From a bacterium (GTDB lineage: Bacteria; Hydrothermota; Tepidihabitantia; B3-TA06), in NCBI GenBank assembly GCA_012517375.1, contig JAAYVC010000101.1, positions 19,438-83,437 of the forward strand: DNA of 64,000 bases. The letters are read 5' to 3'. Positions 29,186-40,229 of the stretch are shown here, piece after piece. Numbering within the stretch: the first letter of the stretch is position 1; every line of letters starts with the position of its first letter. The position numbers and the translations under genes are program-made. The notes under the pieces were generated by a model that worked only from the letters and a program-made list of their open reading frames with translations, had not been told where the DNA came from and did no database searches.

Positions 29186-30675
29186 AGGGGATGAAGATGC
29201 CTAAACCCTTCGACTCGAAGAAACTCTCCCTCTCTGAGGGTTTGACATTCGACGACGTGCTTCTTCAACCGCAACGTTCAGAAGTTTTGCCAAGAGATGT
29301 CGATCTTTCCACAAAATTTACAAAGAAGATTTCACTCAAACTCCCACTCGTAAGCGCCGCTATGGATACGGTTACCGAATCCGCGATGGCTATCGCGCTT
29401 GCCCAGCAAGGCGGTATTGGCGTCATTCATAAAAACATGAGCATTGAACGGCAAGCTGATGAGGTCCGCAAGGTTAAGCGAGCAGAAAGCGGAATAATTG
29501 AAGATCCCTATACCGTACCTCCAGACATGAAGCTTAAAGCCGTAAAAGTTCTTATGGAACGTCACCACTACGCAGGTTTTCCAGTAGTGGACAAGGAACA
29601 TCGAGTGCTTGGAATTGTAACCCGACGGGATATTATGTTCGAAGAAGATCTCGATCTTACTGTAGATAAGGTTATGACCTCGGAAAATCTCATTTCCGCT
29701 AAAAAAGGAACAAGTCTAACAAAAGCAAGGGAAATTCTTAAGCGAAGCAAACTCGAAAAACTGTTACTTACGGATGATCAAGGTCGGCTGGCCGGATTAA
29801 TCACAGCGAAGGATATTCTCAAAAAGCTTGAACATCCTGACGCAACTGTCGATGATCGCGGCCGCTTACGGTGCGCAGCTGCCGTAGGCGTTTCAAAGGA
29901 CTCGTTCGAAAGAGTAGACGCTCTTATAGAAGCCGGTATAGACGCAATCGTTGTTGATACCGCTCACGCTCACCAAAAACTGACTATGGATCTTGCTTCT
30001 AAATTACGTAAAAAAACAACTACCGTACAACTTATCATAGGAAACGTAGGGACAACAGAAGCTGCTGCCGATCTTGTAAAATTGGAGCCCGATGCAATAA
30101 AAGTCGGGATAGGTCCCGGCTCAATATGCACGACCCGCGTAGTTGCAGGTATAGGAGTTCCGCAACTTACAGCAATAATTAACTGCTACAGCGAAGCTCG
30201 CAAGGCTAAAATCCCGATAATAGCTGATGGCGGCATAAGATATTCTGGAGATATAGTAAAATCGCTTGCTGTAGGCGCCGACACTATCATGATAGGCAAT
30301 CTCTTCGCCGGAACGGACGAAAGCCCTGGAGAGTCAATTTTATTGGAAGGTAGAAGATATAAAATCTACAGAGCCATGGGTTCCATTGATGCCATGAAGC
30401 AAGGTTCAGCCGATCGTTACTTCCAGGAAGAATCCAAGAAGTTTGTACCCGAAGGAATAGAAGGTATTGTCCCGTACCGGGGATCAGTAAGAGAACAAAT
30501 ATACCAACTTGCTGGTGGAACAAAATCCGGGCTTGGTTATAACGGAGCAAAGAACATAGCAGAACATCGTAAGAATGCAAAATTCGTAAAGATCTCCGGA
30601 GCCGGCCTGAGAGAAAGCCACCCTCACGATGTTCGAATAACAAAAGAAGCCCCTAACTACGAACTCCAAAGATAG
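29182..30675 (+). CDS. guaB: IMP dehydrogenase (with CBS pair)
   Basis: EGLTFDDVLLQP, catalytic loop GIGPGSICTTR, GGIRYSGDIVKSLAVGAD. Confidence 0.92.
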   Translation: MKGMKMPKPFDSKKLSLSEGLTFDDVLLQPQRSEVLPRDVDLSTKFTKKISLKLPLVSAAMDTVTESAMAIALAQQGGIGVIHKNMSIERQADEVRKVKRAESGIIEDPYTVPPDMKLKAVKVLMERHHYAGFPVVDKEHRVLGIVTRRDIMFEEDLDLTVDKVMTSENLISAKKGTSLTKAREILKRSKLEKLLLTDDQGRLAGLITAKDILKKLEHPDATVDDRGRLRCAAAVGVSKDSFERVDALIEAGIDAIVVDTAHAHQKLTMDLASKLRKKTTTVQLIIGNVGTTEAAADLVKLEPDAIKVGIGPGSICTTRVVAGIGVPQLTAIINCYSEARKAKIPIIADGGIRYSGDIVKSLAVGADTIMIGNLFAGTDESPGESILLEGRRYKIYRAMGSIDAMKQGSADRYFQEESKKFVPEGIEGIVPYRGSVREQIYQLAGGTKSGLGYNGAKNIAEHRKNAKFVKISGAGLRESHPHDVRITKEAPNYELQR

Positions 30676-30860
30676 GGCAGACCGCTATTATTGAGCACCA
30701 TTAGCTTACCGCAAGCAAGGAGATGCAGGATTAAGACTTAGTTTACATAATATAAATTATCGGCAAGAATATGTTTTGCAGAAGGTGGTCTAGCGGTTCG
30801 GCAAGGCGGATTTCTTTAAGAATCAAGCATTACGGTCTCGGGCTACTAGTCGCGGTTTTT

Positions 30861-31202
30861 TTAAGCTTTGCAACCCAGGCACAATTTCGACAAGACATTT
30901 CTCGTTGAAAATAAAAATGCGGCAACAGCTGCGGGAGCTACAACGATGATCTTCCAGTTGTACTCAATAGCATTATGGATATCTCCGTGAAGAAACAACC
31001 ATATTGCTCTCGTCATGCCGCAACCAGGGCAAGGATGACCGAAAACAATCCTGAAAAGACATACGGAAGAATTTCCCTCGATAAACGAAAAAGGAAGCAA
31101 TGATATTGCTACTGCAAGGATTACAGCCAGAAAAAGCAAACCAATTTCAGGCAGATTATAAATCAGAAAATCAGTTTTGAAGGAGTTCCCTGCCGTCTGC
31201 AT
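30861..31202 (-). CDS. DUF2752-family membrane protein
   Basis: [12 protein letters not shown] motif. Confidence 0.55.
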   Translation of the reverse strand: MQTAGNSFKTDFLIYNLPEIGLLFLAVILAVAISLLPFSFIEGNSSVCLFRIVFGHPCPGCGMTRAIWLFLHGDIHNAIEYNWKIIVVAPAAVAAFLFSTRNVLSKLCLGCKA

Positions 31203-31551
31203 CCTTGAAACTGCCTGTAGCGATGAGAATTATATCTATAAGCCACCAAATTCCGCAGCCTCCTCCGGTCAAAAGCATCAAGATGCCCGTGCCTATATGG
31301 CCTGTGTAAAAGCGGTGTATTCCAAGGCCTCCCAAAAAAATAGCTAGAAGTAATGTCACTAGCCACTCTTTCCTATCTGAATCCGATTTCTTTTTCAGCA
31401 ATACTCCGCATTTGATGCATAATTCCTGATTAGATGCTGTTTCAGCTCCGCAATTCCAGCAGAATCTGTCCGAATTCAACGGCCTTACGCCGCATTTTAG
31501 ACATATATCCGCTTTTTCAGCAACCTCTGCTCCGCAATGCCTGCAGTACAT
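31171..31551 (-). CDS. double zinc-ribbon + TM2-domain membrane protein
   Basis: CRHCG..CLKCG and CWNCG..CIKCG ribbons; TM2 signature [32 protein letters not shown]. Confidence 0.6.
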   Translation of the reverse strand: MYCRHCGAEVAEKADICLKCGVRPLNSDRFCWNCGAETASNQELCIKCGVLLKKKSDSDRKEWLVTLLLAIFLGGLGIHRFYTGHIGTGILMLLTGGGCGIWWLIDIILIATGSFKDADGRELLQN

Positions 31552-31701
31552 CCGATATACTCCTTTTAATCGTTTTCCTGTCTGATACCCGTCAATTTTC
31601 TCATTCCAATTTTATAGACGTCAGATTTCAATTGTTGTTTCACTAAAATAATAAAGCCCCGGATATCCGGGGCTTTAAGAAATTCTGTATGGATTGTATG
31701 A

Positions 31702-32163
31702 TTAAGCAGTAGGTACCATTCCCTTGAACCAGCTTTCGGCAATTGCACCAATCACAGGCATCTTCCAGAACTTTCCCTGAGCGGCCTGAATGAGTCCGAT
31801 GATAGATAACACCTCTAATGCAAGCCCTACAAGCACTATTACTATCCACACGAGTACTCCGCAGATGCCCATGCCGATGCCGTATCCGTAGCCGTACGAA
31901 GCAACTGCAATGGCGCCGGCAATTGCCCACAGTATTCCGATGATGATACCGAACGCCACTTCAAACATGAAAAGAACCATACCCTGGCGCCCGTGATATT
32001 TTGAAAAAGGATTATCCTTGTGGGCAAGCAAGGGGACGAGGAAAAGAAGACCTGCAAGCCAGCCGACAAATGGAATAATTACCGCTGCTACACCGACATA
32101 GGCTAACCAGGCAAGGCTTTTACCTTCCTTGATTTGTTCTTCTGTTGCACTAGGAAAGGCCAT
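31702..32163 (-). CDS. hypothetical multi-pass membrane protein (DUF4870-like)
   Basis: 4 hydrophobic helices; GY-rich loop. Confidence 0.4.
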   Translation of the reverse strand: MAFPSATEEQIKEGKSLAWLAYVGVAAVIIPFVGWLAGLLFLVPLLAHKDNPFSKYHGRQGMVLFMFEVAFGIIIGILWAIAGAIAVASYGYGYGIGMGICGVLVWIVIVLVGLALEVLSIIGLIQAAQGKFWKMPVIGAIAESWFKGMVPTA

Positions 32164-32299
32164 TTAAACGCCTCCAAAGGTTTAGAGTTTCTATTGATTG
32201 GTTTGATTCTATTCAAAGCTTAGGGGTTGTCAACTAAAGTTAACTTGACCAACTATTTTTTCCCATTGACTTCATTCTGTTTTCTAAGAAAATTGTGCA

Positions 32300-32812
32300 A
32301 TGGTAAACAATCGCTCCGATTTTTCCAGTTTTACGGAAGACAAGGTATTCTTGACCTGCTGGATAGCTTTCCTTGCACTTATGTTAATTTTTTTTTCCGG
32401 TATATTTATTGCTCCAATTCTCGTAAGATTAGGAGCGGATCGTATTGCCGAGGTTCTGTATAAGATCTACCGCATCTCGTGTCATCAGCTTCCGTCCCGC
32501 TCGTGGCTCGTGTGCGGGAATAAAATGGGTGTCTGCGTCAGATGTTTTTCGATATATCTTTTTTTGATTATTTCCGGTTTCGCGCTTCTATTCAAGGGAA
32601 TCCGGATATGGCTTCTGCAAAAGAGATTTCTCCGGTTTGTTCTGCCGGTTTTCATCCTTCTCCTCTCCCCTCTTCTCATTGATGGTTTTATTCAGCTTTT
32701 TACTTCATGGGAAAGCAATAATTTTTTGAGATTCCTAACAGGAGCGTTCTCGGGCATAGGTACTTCATTCATTTTAGGCTATCTTGTGCTTCGCGTCGCG
32801 AATTCCAATTGA
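32300..32812 (+). CDS. DUF2085-family membrane protein
   Basis: CHQLPSRS...CVRCFSIY motif characteristic of DUF2085. Confidence 0.5.
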   Translation: MVNNRSDFSSFTEDKVFLTCWIAFLALMLIFFSGIFIAPILVRLGADRIAEVLYKIYRISCHQLPSRSWLVCGNKMGVCVRCFSIYLFLIISGFALLFKGIRIWLLQKRFLRFVLPVFILLLSPLLIDGFIQLFTSWESNNFLRFLTGAFSGIGTSFILGYLVLRVANSN

Positions 32813-32950
32813 CGCTTGGTTCTAAGAATCTTCCGTTCTCCAGCAAGAAGGATTATTAGTTCTGCAATCAGATGAAGGACTATGCCAAGCGCAGACGTTT
32901 CGTAATTTAATGCAAATTAGCGAGACAATATTCTTAACGGATATCCTGTT

Positions 32951-34114
<1,164 letters not shown>

Positions 34115-35179
34115 TCATGAGGATATGTTCCTTGAAAATTGGACTGGGTCCTCAAAAGAAACCGACGTTTTCTTTTGAGGTATTATTAGCATTCCGTCAC
34201 CGTAAGAAAGAAAACGGTAATCCCTCTTCAATGCTTCGCTGTATGCGTGAAATAAAAGATCCTTTCCGCAAAATGCAGCAGTAAGAAGAAGCGGTGTTGA
34301 CCCTGGCTGGTGGAAGTTTGTTAAAAGGGCATCAACATTTTTAAATTTATAACCCGGATAAATAAATAAACCCGTTTCACCGGTTTGAGCAATAACATTT
34401 CTTTGACTGAAGGACTCAAGAGTACGTGTAACAGTTGTTCCTACTGCAATTACTCTTCTGGCTTTGTTGATTAGTTCTGCATTGTATCGAGTAATACGGA
34501 AATATTCCGAAAGCATTACATGCTCTTCAACATTATCCGTCGCGATTGGCCTGAAAGTTCCCTCTCCTACATCAAGCTGAATATAAGCGATGCCTACGCC
34601 TTTATCGCGGATTTTTTTTAATAAATCAACAGTAAAATGAAGCCCTGCAGTAGGGGCCGCTATCGAAAACCCGTTTCTTGCGTAAACGGTTTGGTATGTT
34701 TCTAAATCCTTCTTCTCTGGCCGTCTGTCAATATATGCGGGAAGCGGAGCAAGCCCCAGCTTGTCAAAAATAGTAGATTCGCTCACAAGGAATTTGAGTA
34801 TAAGATGGCCCTCTTTTTTCTCAATAACCTCCGCAATACTTTGCCCCACCTCGTCTTGCAGCTTCTCCCCTATCTTTATTCTTTTTGATGGCCTGGCCAG
34901 AGAAGTCCACACCCCTTCTGAAAGCCTGTGCGTTAATAGAATTTCAACTATTCCACCGGTGTTGCGCCTGAGTATCAAACGAACTGGTTGGACTTTGGAA
35001 TCATTAAGAACAATGCAGTCTCCTGGTTCAAGATAGTCGCATATATCGCTGAACTTGCGATGAACTATTTCCCCTGAATCCTTATGGATTATTATCAAAT
35101 TACAGGAATCGCGAGGTTCAACAGGATATAACGCTATCTTCTCTGATGGAAGCTCGTAAGCGTATTCTTCCCTGTACAT
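34115..35179 (-). CDS. queA: S-adenosylmethionine:tRNA ribosyltransferase-isomerase
   Basis: start at MYREEYAYELPSEKIALYPVEPRD (matches QueA N-terminus); adjacent to tgt. Confidence 0.88.
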   Translation of the reverse strand: MYREEYAYELPSEKIALYPVEPRDSCNLIIIHKDSGEIVHRKFSDICDYLEPGDCIVLNDSKVQPVRLILRRNTGGIVEILLTHRLSEGVWTSLARPSKRIKIGEKLQDEVGQSIAEVIEKKEGHLILKFLVSESTIFDKLGLAPLPAYIDRRPEKKDLETYQTVYARNGFSIAAPTAGLHFTVDLLKKIRDKGVGIAYIQLDVGEGTFRPIATDNVEEHVMLSEYFRITRYNAELINKARRVIAVGTTVTRTLESFSQRNVIAQTGETGLFIYPGYKFKNVDALLTNFHQPGSTPLLLTAAFCGKDLLFHAYSEALKRDYRFLSYGDGMLIIPQKKTSVSFEDPVQFSRNISS

Positions 35180-35246
35180 TGGAGATGTTATTGTCCCTTG
35201 CGTTGAAGTCAACGAAAATTATTTCTAGCGCTTTTAATAATGAAAC

Positions 35247-36191
35247 CTAATTCTGTGAAATAGCTTCGAGTCCTGATTTGATCTTTGAATCTGATAGGGG
35301 CAATTGAATTTCACCGCGAGCGTCAAAACTTTTCTGACTGAAACCAGATTCTACTACAATATTAAAGAAACCGTAAAGCCTGTACCTGCCTTTCTCGAGA
35401 AAGCTTTTAGCCGTTTTCTTATTAAGGGATGAGTAAGGTATTATTAAATCTACATATCCTGTATTAGAGTTGTTTGGACCGATTTTCAACGATAGTTTAT
35501 GCTTACCTTTTACAACGGTTGCATCGTTGATGGAAAATGTGTAATCTAAGTTCTCAACCGAGATAGAATGTTTATAAGGATTAGTCGCTTGTAGATTAAG
35601 CCGCATCTTGAATCCTCCTGAATCCGAAGTCACCACTGATGCTGAAACAATCTTGAAGCCAACGTCTTCGTAAAGATTTATCCGCACGCCGCTAGACGTT
35701 GTAGTGTACTTATAGTCTGGTATCCCGACCGATACTTTTGCACCAACTGTTGAACCCCTTGTAACCATCGAACCTTGAACGGGTTCTGTGCTTATTACCT
35801 CACCGGGCTTGTATTTTTCGCTTTCTTCTTCACCGTTCGATAAGAGCTTAAGTCCCATTTTTGCTATAATCTCGGCTGCCTCAAGCAGCTGCACTCCTCT
35901 TACGTCAGGAAGTTTCACAGTCAGTGGTGCCGCAAGTTTGACTTTTATGGTATCTTGGACTGCCGAATCCGCTAAAGGATCCTGCCATGCTATAAGACCG
36001 CGAGGCATACTGTCGGTATACAGCGAATCTTCGAGGATTATAAGTACAATATCTGTGTCGCTTGCAAAAAAGGTTTTCGCGGAATCCGGCGTAAGTCCCT
36101 TAAGCTTAGGCATTATCATTGTCTGTGCGCTTGAGGTTGCAAATACGGCAACGACGGCCGATAAAATCAAATAAGGTTTCATATTTCTCAT
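35247..36191 (-). CDS. secreted protein with PASTA-like region and LEA_2/WHy-like C-terminal domain
   Basis: signal peptide; beta-rich C-terminus; weak domain resemblance. Confidence 0.4.
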   Translation of the reverse strand: MRNMKPYLILSAVVAVFATSSAQTMIMPKLKGLTPDSAKTFFASDTDIVLIILEDSLYTDSMPRGLIAWQDPLADSAVQDTIKVKLAAPLTVKLPDVRGVQLLEAAEIIAKMGLKLLSNGEEESEKYKPGEVISTEPVQGSMVTRGSTVGAKVSVGIPDYKYTTTSSGVRINLYEDVGFKIVSASVVTSDSGGFKMRLNLQATNPYKHSISVENLDYTFSINDATVVKGKHKLSLKIGPNNSNTGYVDLIIPYSSLNKKTAKSFLEKGRYRLYGFFNIVVESGFSQKSFDARGEIQLPLSDSKIKSGLEAISQN

Positions 36192-36438
36192 AGATTAGAT
36201 TCTAGGAATTAGACGAAAAAAGTCAAGGCAGGTTAGCTTCAACAAGGTCAGGTTTAGCTTACCTAGTCAAGTCAGAGTTAAAGATATTGGTCAGGTTTCG
36301 TAGTCAGGATTCAAAGAAATGCGGTCAGGAATCATGAACAAAACATGGACAGAAGATGGCCAAAAGTAGCGGCTGGAAGCCGCATTTGCCGAATTAGCGC
36401 TGAAAGCGCATACGTTTGGCAAAAACAATTTCAAAGTC

Positions 36439-36526
36439 CGGGGTCCCCACGTAAGTGCGAAGCAATTTCGTGGGGTAGAAAAAACCTTCCCATAATAATG
36501 CTAGAAGCATTATTATGGGGACCCCT
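36439..36526. repeat. structured intergenic repeat element: GGGGTCCCCA...TGGGGACCCC outer inverted repeat enclosing CCCCACG/CGTGGGG hairpin and 14-bp perfect palindrome CCCATAATAATGCT-aga-AGCATTATTATGGG
   Basis: read directly; second homologous copy at 46444-46490 and a fragment TGGGGTCCC at ~45976. Confidence 0.6.
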
Positions 36527-36620
36527 GTTGTCATGTTATTTGCCAAATCACGAGGCAGAAGCTAAACTGCACAGCTTATCTTTTCCTTGACATGCACTGC
36601 ATAAGCCCTAGAATTTGCGA

Positions 36621-38405
36621 GTGAGCATACGCGTACTCCCTCCTGAAACTGCAGCAAAAATAGCGGCAGGCGAGGTCATACAGAGACCTTCGTCCGTTGT
36701 CAAGGAATTGATAGAGAACTCACTTGACGCCGGAGCTACACGAATAGAGGTGTATCTCGAAGAGGGAGGCAAGAGTCTTATACGGGTTGCGGACAACGGC
36801 GAAGGCATAGCGCCGCACGAGGTGGAGCTTGCAGTCAAGCGTTTTGCAACGAGCAAACTCGAGACTGCGGAGGACCTTGTGCGGATTTCATCGTTCGGCT
36901 TCCGCGGCGAAGCGCTTGGTTCCATCGCTGAGGTGAGCGAGCTTTCTATCGAGACCCAGAAGCAAGGCTCTGAGAGCGGCATTTTAATGAGAGTGCACGC
37001 AGGAAAGATGGTGAGCAGGGAGGAGGTCGTGCGCATGCCGGGGACGACCGTAACCGTCTCCCGGCTCTTCTTCAACCTTCCGGCGCGCAGGGCGTTCCTT
37101 AAAAGCGAACCCTACGAGCGCAGGCTTGTGCTAGAGGTAGTGCGCAACTATGCCATCTGCTTTAATGATGTATATTTTGATGTCAAAGGTCCGAAACAGA
37201 CTTACGCTTGCTATCAGCCTCAGGATGACTGGATTACGCGGTTAAAGGAGATTTTGCCTGACTTGAAGAACGTCGAGTTGATTCCTATCGGAGCAAGTCA
37301 CTCCCAGCTTTCCGTAAAGGGAGTGATTGTCAGACCTGACCAGGCAAGAGAACTTTCGAGGATGCAGCGCACGTTCTTCAACTCAAGACCCGTTCTCTAC
37401 CGAGCAATATTCAGGGCCGTTCTCGAGGGATTCGGACCTCAGCCAGGTTCCCAGATACCTTTCTTCGTGTTGATGCTCTCCTCTCCCCCAGAACTTCTCG
37501 ATGCGAACATACATCCTGCAAAGACAGAGGTGCGTTACCGCGACGAACGCTTTCTCTTCGATTACATCTCCCAACTCGTGAGGAAAGGTCTGCACGGCCA
37601 GACTGTTGCGAACCTTGATATAGTGGAGCGTCCGGGATTCCGGCGTGGAAGCGAGTGGATAAGTGAGATGGATGCAAAACAGCTCTCTATGGATACCAAT
37701 CCCTCTTTGCAAACACGCATTGAAGGAACACTGGATGAGACGGATGTTACGGGTGTTAAGGGTGTTACGGGTGTTACGGGTACGGGCGGTGCTACTAGCG
37801 GTGAATACCGAGAGAGTGCAGACGAGCATCCAAAGGCTTTTCGGGAATCCCAGACTTCTTTCTGGCAGCTTCAGAACTCATACATTCTTGCTCAGATTGC
37901 CTCGGGGCTTGTGATTGTCGATCAGCATGCGGCGCACGAACGGATACTGTACGAACAGATGCTCGAGAGACTGAGTTCGAATTCCGCAAAACAGCCGCTT
38001 TTATTCCCATTGATAGTCGAACTGACGCCGGAGGAGTTCGCGACCTTTGAGGAGATAGAAAGCGAACTTTCGGAGCTTGGACTCGACGCGGAACCCTTCG
38101 GACCTAACCAGGTGATGGTGGAGACTCTTCCTGCAGATTCTCGGATGAGCGCTTCCGATTTGCGGGAGCTGTTCAGGGAGTTCAACGCAACGAGCGAGGT
38201 CAAGCTCGGAAACCGCGATAGGATGGCCGCACTCATTTCGTGCAAAGCGGCTGTTAAAGCGGGACGCGCGCTGTCCCAGGCGGAGATGGAATCCTTAATC
38301 AACAGACTCTTCAGCTGCAAGAACCCTTACTTCTGTCCGCATGGAAGACCCACGGTTATAAAGTTCACGATGGATGATCTTGACAAGCGATTCGGTCGAA
38401 TATAG
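36621..38405 (+). CDS. mutL: DNA mismatch repair protein MutL
   Basis: GTG start gives MSIRVLPPETAAKIAAGEVIQRPSSVVKELIENSLDAGA (cf. E. coli MPIQVLPP...); TTGACA-17-TAGAAT promoter just upstream; C-terminal dimerization domain. Confidence 0.9.
   Translation: MSIRVLPPETAAKIAAGEVIQRPSSVVKELIENSLDAGATRIEVYLEEGGKSLIRVADNGEGIAPHEVELAVKRFATSKLETAEDLVRISSFGFRGEALGSIAEVSELSIETQKQGSESGILMRVHAGKMVSREEVVRMPGTTVTVSRLFFNLPARRAFLKSEPYERRLVLEVVRNYAICFNDVYFDVKGPKQTYACYQPQDDWITRLKEILPDLKNVELIPIGASHSQLSVKGVIVRPDQARELSRMQRTFFNSRPVLYRAIFRAVLEGFGPQPGSQIPFFVLMLSSPPELLDANIHPAKTEVRYRDERFLFDYISQLVRKGLHGQTVANLDIVERPGFRRGSEWISEMDAKQLSMDTNPSLQTRIEGTLDETDVTGVKGVTGVTGTGGATSGEYRESADEHPKAFRESQTSFWQLQNSYILAQIASGLVIVDQHAAHERILYEQMLERLSSNSAKQPLLFPLIVELTPEEFATFEEIESELSELGLDAEPFGPNQVMVETLPADSRMSASDLRELFREFNATSEVKLGNRDRMAALISCKAAVKAGRALSQAEMESLINRLFSCKNPYFCPHGRPTVIKFTMDDLDKRFGRI
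37743..37779 (+). repeat. in-frame 9-bp tandem repeat (GTGTTACGG/GTGTTAAGG x4) inside mutL linker, encoding (VTG)n
   Basis: gatgttacgg gtgttaagg gtgttacgg gtgttacgg gtacgggcgg; same motif as intergenic GTGTTACGGG sites. Confidence 0.8.
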
Positions 38406-38408
38406 CGG

Positions 38409-39326
38409 ATGGAAAACCAAAGACTGATCCCGGTTATTCTAGGTGCAACTGGAGTGGGAAAAAGCGAAATCGCTTTCGAGCTGGCAAGAAGGTATTCATG
38501 GGAAATTGTGTCGGTTGATTCACGGCAGTGCTACCAGTTCATGGAGATTGGCACGGCAAAGCCGAACGCTGAAATGCGTTCGCTTGTTTCTCATTATTTG
38601 CTTGATCTCTGCCCTCCGGATTACAAGCTATCGGCAGGCGAGTTTGCCCGTCACGCATGGGAGCTTTTTTTAAGTCTCGAACGGCCTCTGGCTGTGGGTG
38701 GAGCAGGTTTTTACATGAAGGCCATATTCGAACCCTTGCACGCCAACCTGCCTCACAATCCATTGATTAGAGAAGAGCTTGAAACACTGCCTACGGCGAC
38801 GCTTGCTCGAAAACTCAAGGCCGAAGACCAAGTTACCTCTGAGAAACTTCATCCCAACGACCGCCAGAGACTACTCAGAGCGCTTGAGGTGTGTCTTGCC
38901 GCGCGAAGGCCGTATTCCGAACTCATCAAGGAGACTCCTCCTTCTCCTCCGGTCAAACCTTTCTACATCGGACTCAGGCTGGACAGAAACGAATTGAGAA
39001 AGCGTCAGGAACACAGACTTGAGCGTATGCTCAATGAAGGATTCGTTAACGAGGTTCGAAGGCTCAAGGAGATGGGCTTTTCTAGGGACTTGTACGCCTT
39101 CAACGCATACGGCTACAAAGAGCTATTCGACTATCTCGATGGTTTAACAACTCTCGATGATGCAAAGGGGTTAATCCTTTCTAAAATCCACTCCTTTACG
39201 AAACGCCAGGAGACTTTTTTCAAAACACTGGGCGAGATAAAATGGATAGACGCTTTTGATTTCAACAATACACAGGAAGCAGTAAGACTTCTTATTGAGA
39301 AACAGCTCCATGCTTATTTTATTTAA
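38409..39326 (+). CDS. miaA: tRNA dimethylallyltransferase
   Basis: P-loop GATGVGKSEIAFELA; conserved mutL-miaA linkage. Confidence 0.9.
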   Translation: MENQRLIPVILGATGVGKSEIAFELARRYSWEIVSVDSRQCYQFMEIGTAKPNAEMRSLVSHYLLDLCPPDYKLSAGEFARHAWELFLSLERPLAVGGAGFYMKAIFEPLHANLPHNPLIREELETLPTATLARKLKAEDQVTSEKLHPNDRQRLLRALEVCLAARRPYSELIKETPPSPPVKPFYIGLRLDRNELRKRQEHRLERMLNEGFVNEVRRLKEMGFSRDLYAFNAYGYKELFDYLDGLTTLDDAKGLILSKIHSFTKRQETFFKTLGEIKWIDAFDFNNTQEAVRLLIEKQLHAYFI

Positions 39327-40195
39327 TTAAAATCGTAATCGGTCAGACTGAACTCCAGGGTATCCTTTCCTATCATTACGGTCTGCTTGATTATCCCGAC
39401 ATCTGGTGCAAACCATATACCGCCGTCCTCGTAGGTAACATGCATGCATGAAAAGAAATTCCCTGCATCGGTTCCGAAATCCTTGAGGCTGTCAACGGTT
39501 GCACCCTCCCAGGTTTTACCTACCCAGAGGGGAAGCAGGCAAAGCAAACGCTTCTGGGAATTAGAAGAGTTGAAAAAGAATATCGAATCCATCCTTGTTT
39601 CGTAGTAAGAGAGGGTGTCTGTGAGCTCGACAGGAATTTTGAAAATTCTTTTGAGCTTCCACTTAATTCCTCCATCCTGCGGGAACGATTTTTCCGTTAT
39701 GCTCACTTCAAGCGTAATCGTTTGCAGACCGAGCGCCGCCTTGTAGTTCCACGTATTGCCGAGGTCGAGCGGAAAGTAGTTCTGCACGTGAATCGTTATG
39801 GTATCTGCAACCTTTATCAGCGTATCAGGGTCCCAGCAAGTGCATTCTATTCTGTAATCCCCGCTTTCCTGAGGCGATACCCAGAATGCCTCTGGCTGGT
39901 CAGAAGGAGCAAGAAGAGTGCCGCCGTTCAAAACCTGCCAGCGATAGTATATCTCGTTCTCGTTAGGATCTGTTGCCGTGCAGATGATTTTTACCGTATC
40001 GCCTGCCGTAATAAGAGTATCAATCGCAGGTTCGGTATAAACGCTCTCGATAACGGGCGGGTCGTTTTTTATACAGCCCGTGAAAAATATCAAAGCGACA
40101 ACGGCTGCTGCAGGAAGTATTAACAATAATTTCTTCAACGATTCCTCCAAAGGTTTCTTCGATTTTAATATACGCTTCGAGCGTATCCTTGTCAA
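39323..40195 (-). CDS. hypothetical lipoprotein
   Basis: signal peptide + lipobox FFTGC. Confidence 0.45.
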   Translation of the reverse strand: MTRIRSKRILKSKKPLEESLKKLLLILPAAAVVALIFFTGCIKNDPPVIESVYTEPAIDTLITAGDTVKIICTATDPNENEIYYRWQVLNGGTLLAPSDQPEAFWVSPQESGDYRIECTCWDPDTLIKVADTITIHVQNYFPLDLGNTWNYKAALGLQTITLEVSITEKSFPQDGGIKWKLKRIFKIPVELTDTLSYYETRMDSIFFFNSSNSQKRLLCLLPLWVGKTWEGATVDSLKDFGTDAGNFFSCMHVTYEDGGIWFAPDVGIIKQTVMIGKDTLEFSLTDYDFN

Positions 40196-40229
40196 GATTT
40201 ACGGCAATCGATTGCGGTCAATGTTTGCC

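Noticed and set aside
30700-30790. tRNA gene suggested by GGTCTAGCGGTT D-arm-like sequence
   Set aside because: No TPsiC arm (GTTCNANTC) or acceptor pairing can be drawn; not a tRNA
36345-36590. 81-aa ORF in mutL upstream region
   Set aside because: Spans the structured repeat element and the mutL promoter; no RBS; likely non-coding
37383-37829. 148-aa minus-strand ORF including RTRNTRNTLNTRN repeats
   Set aside because: Antisense to mutL; its repeat peptide is just the reverse reading of the 9-bp tandem array
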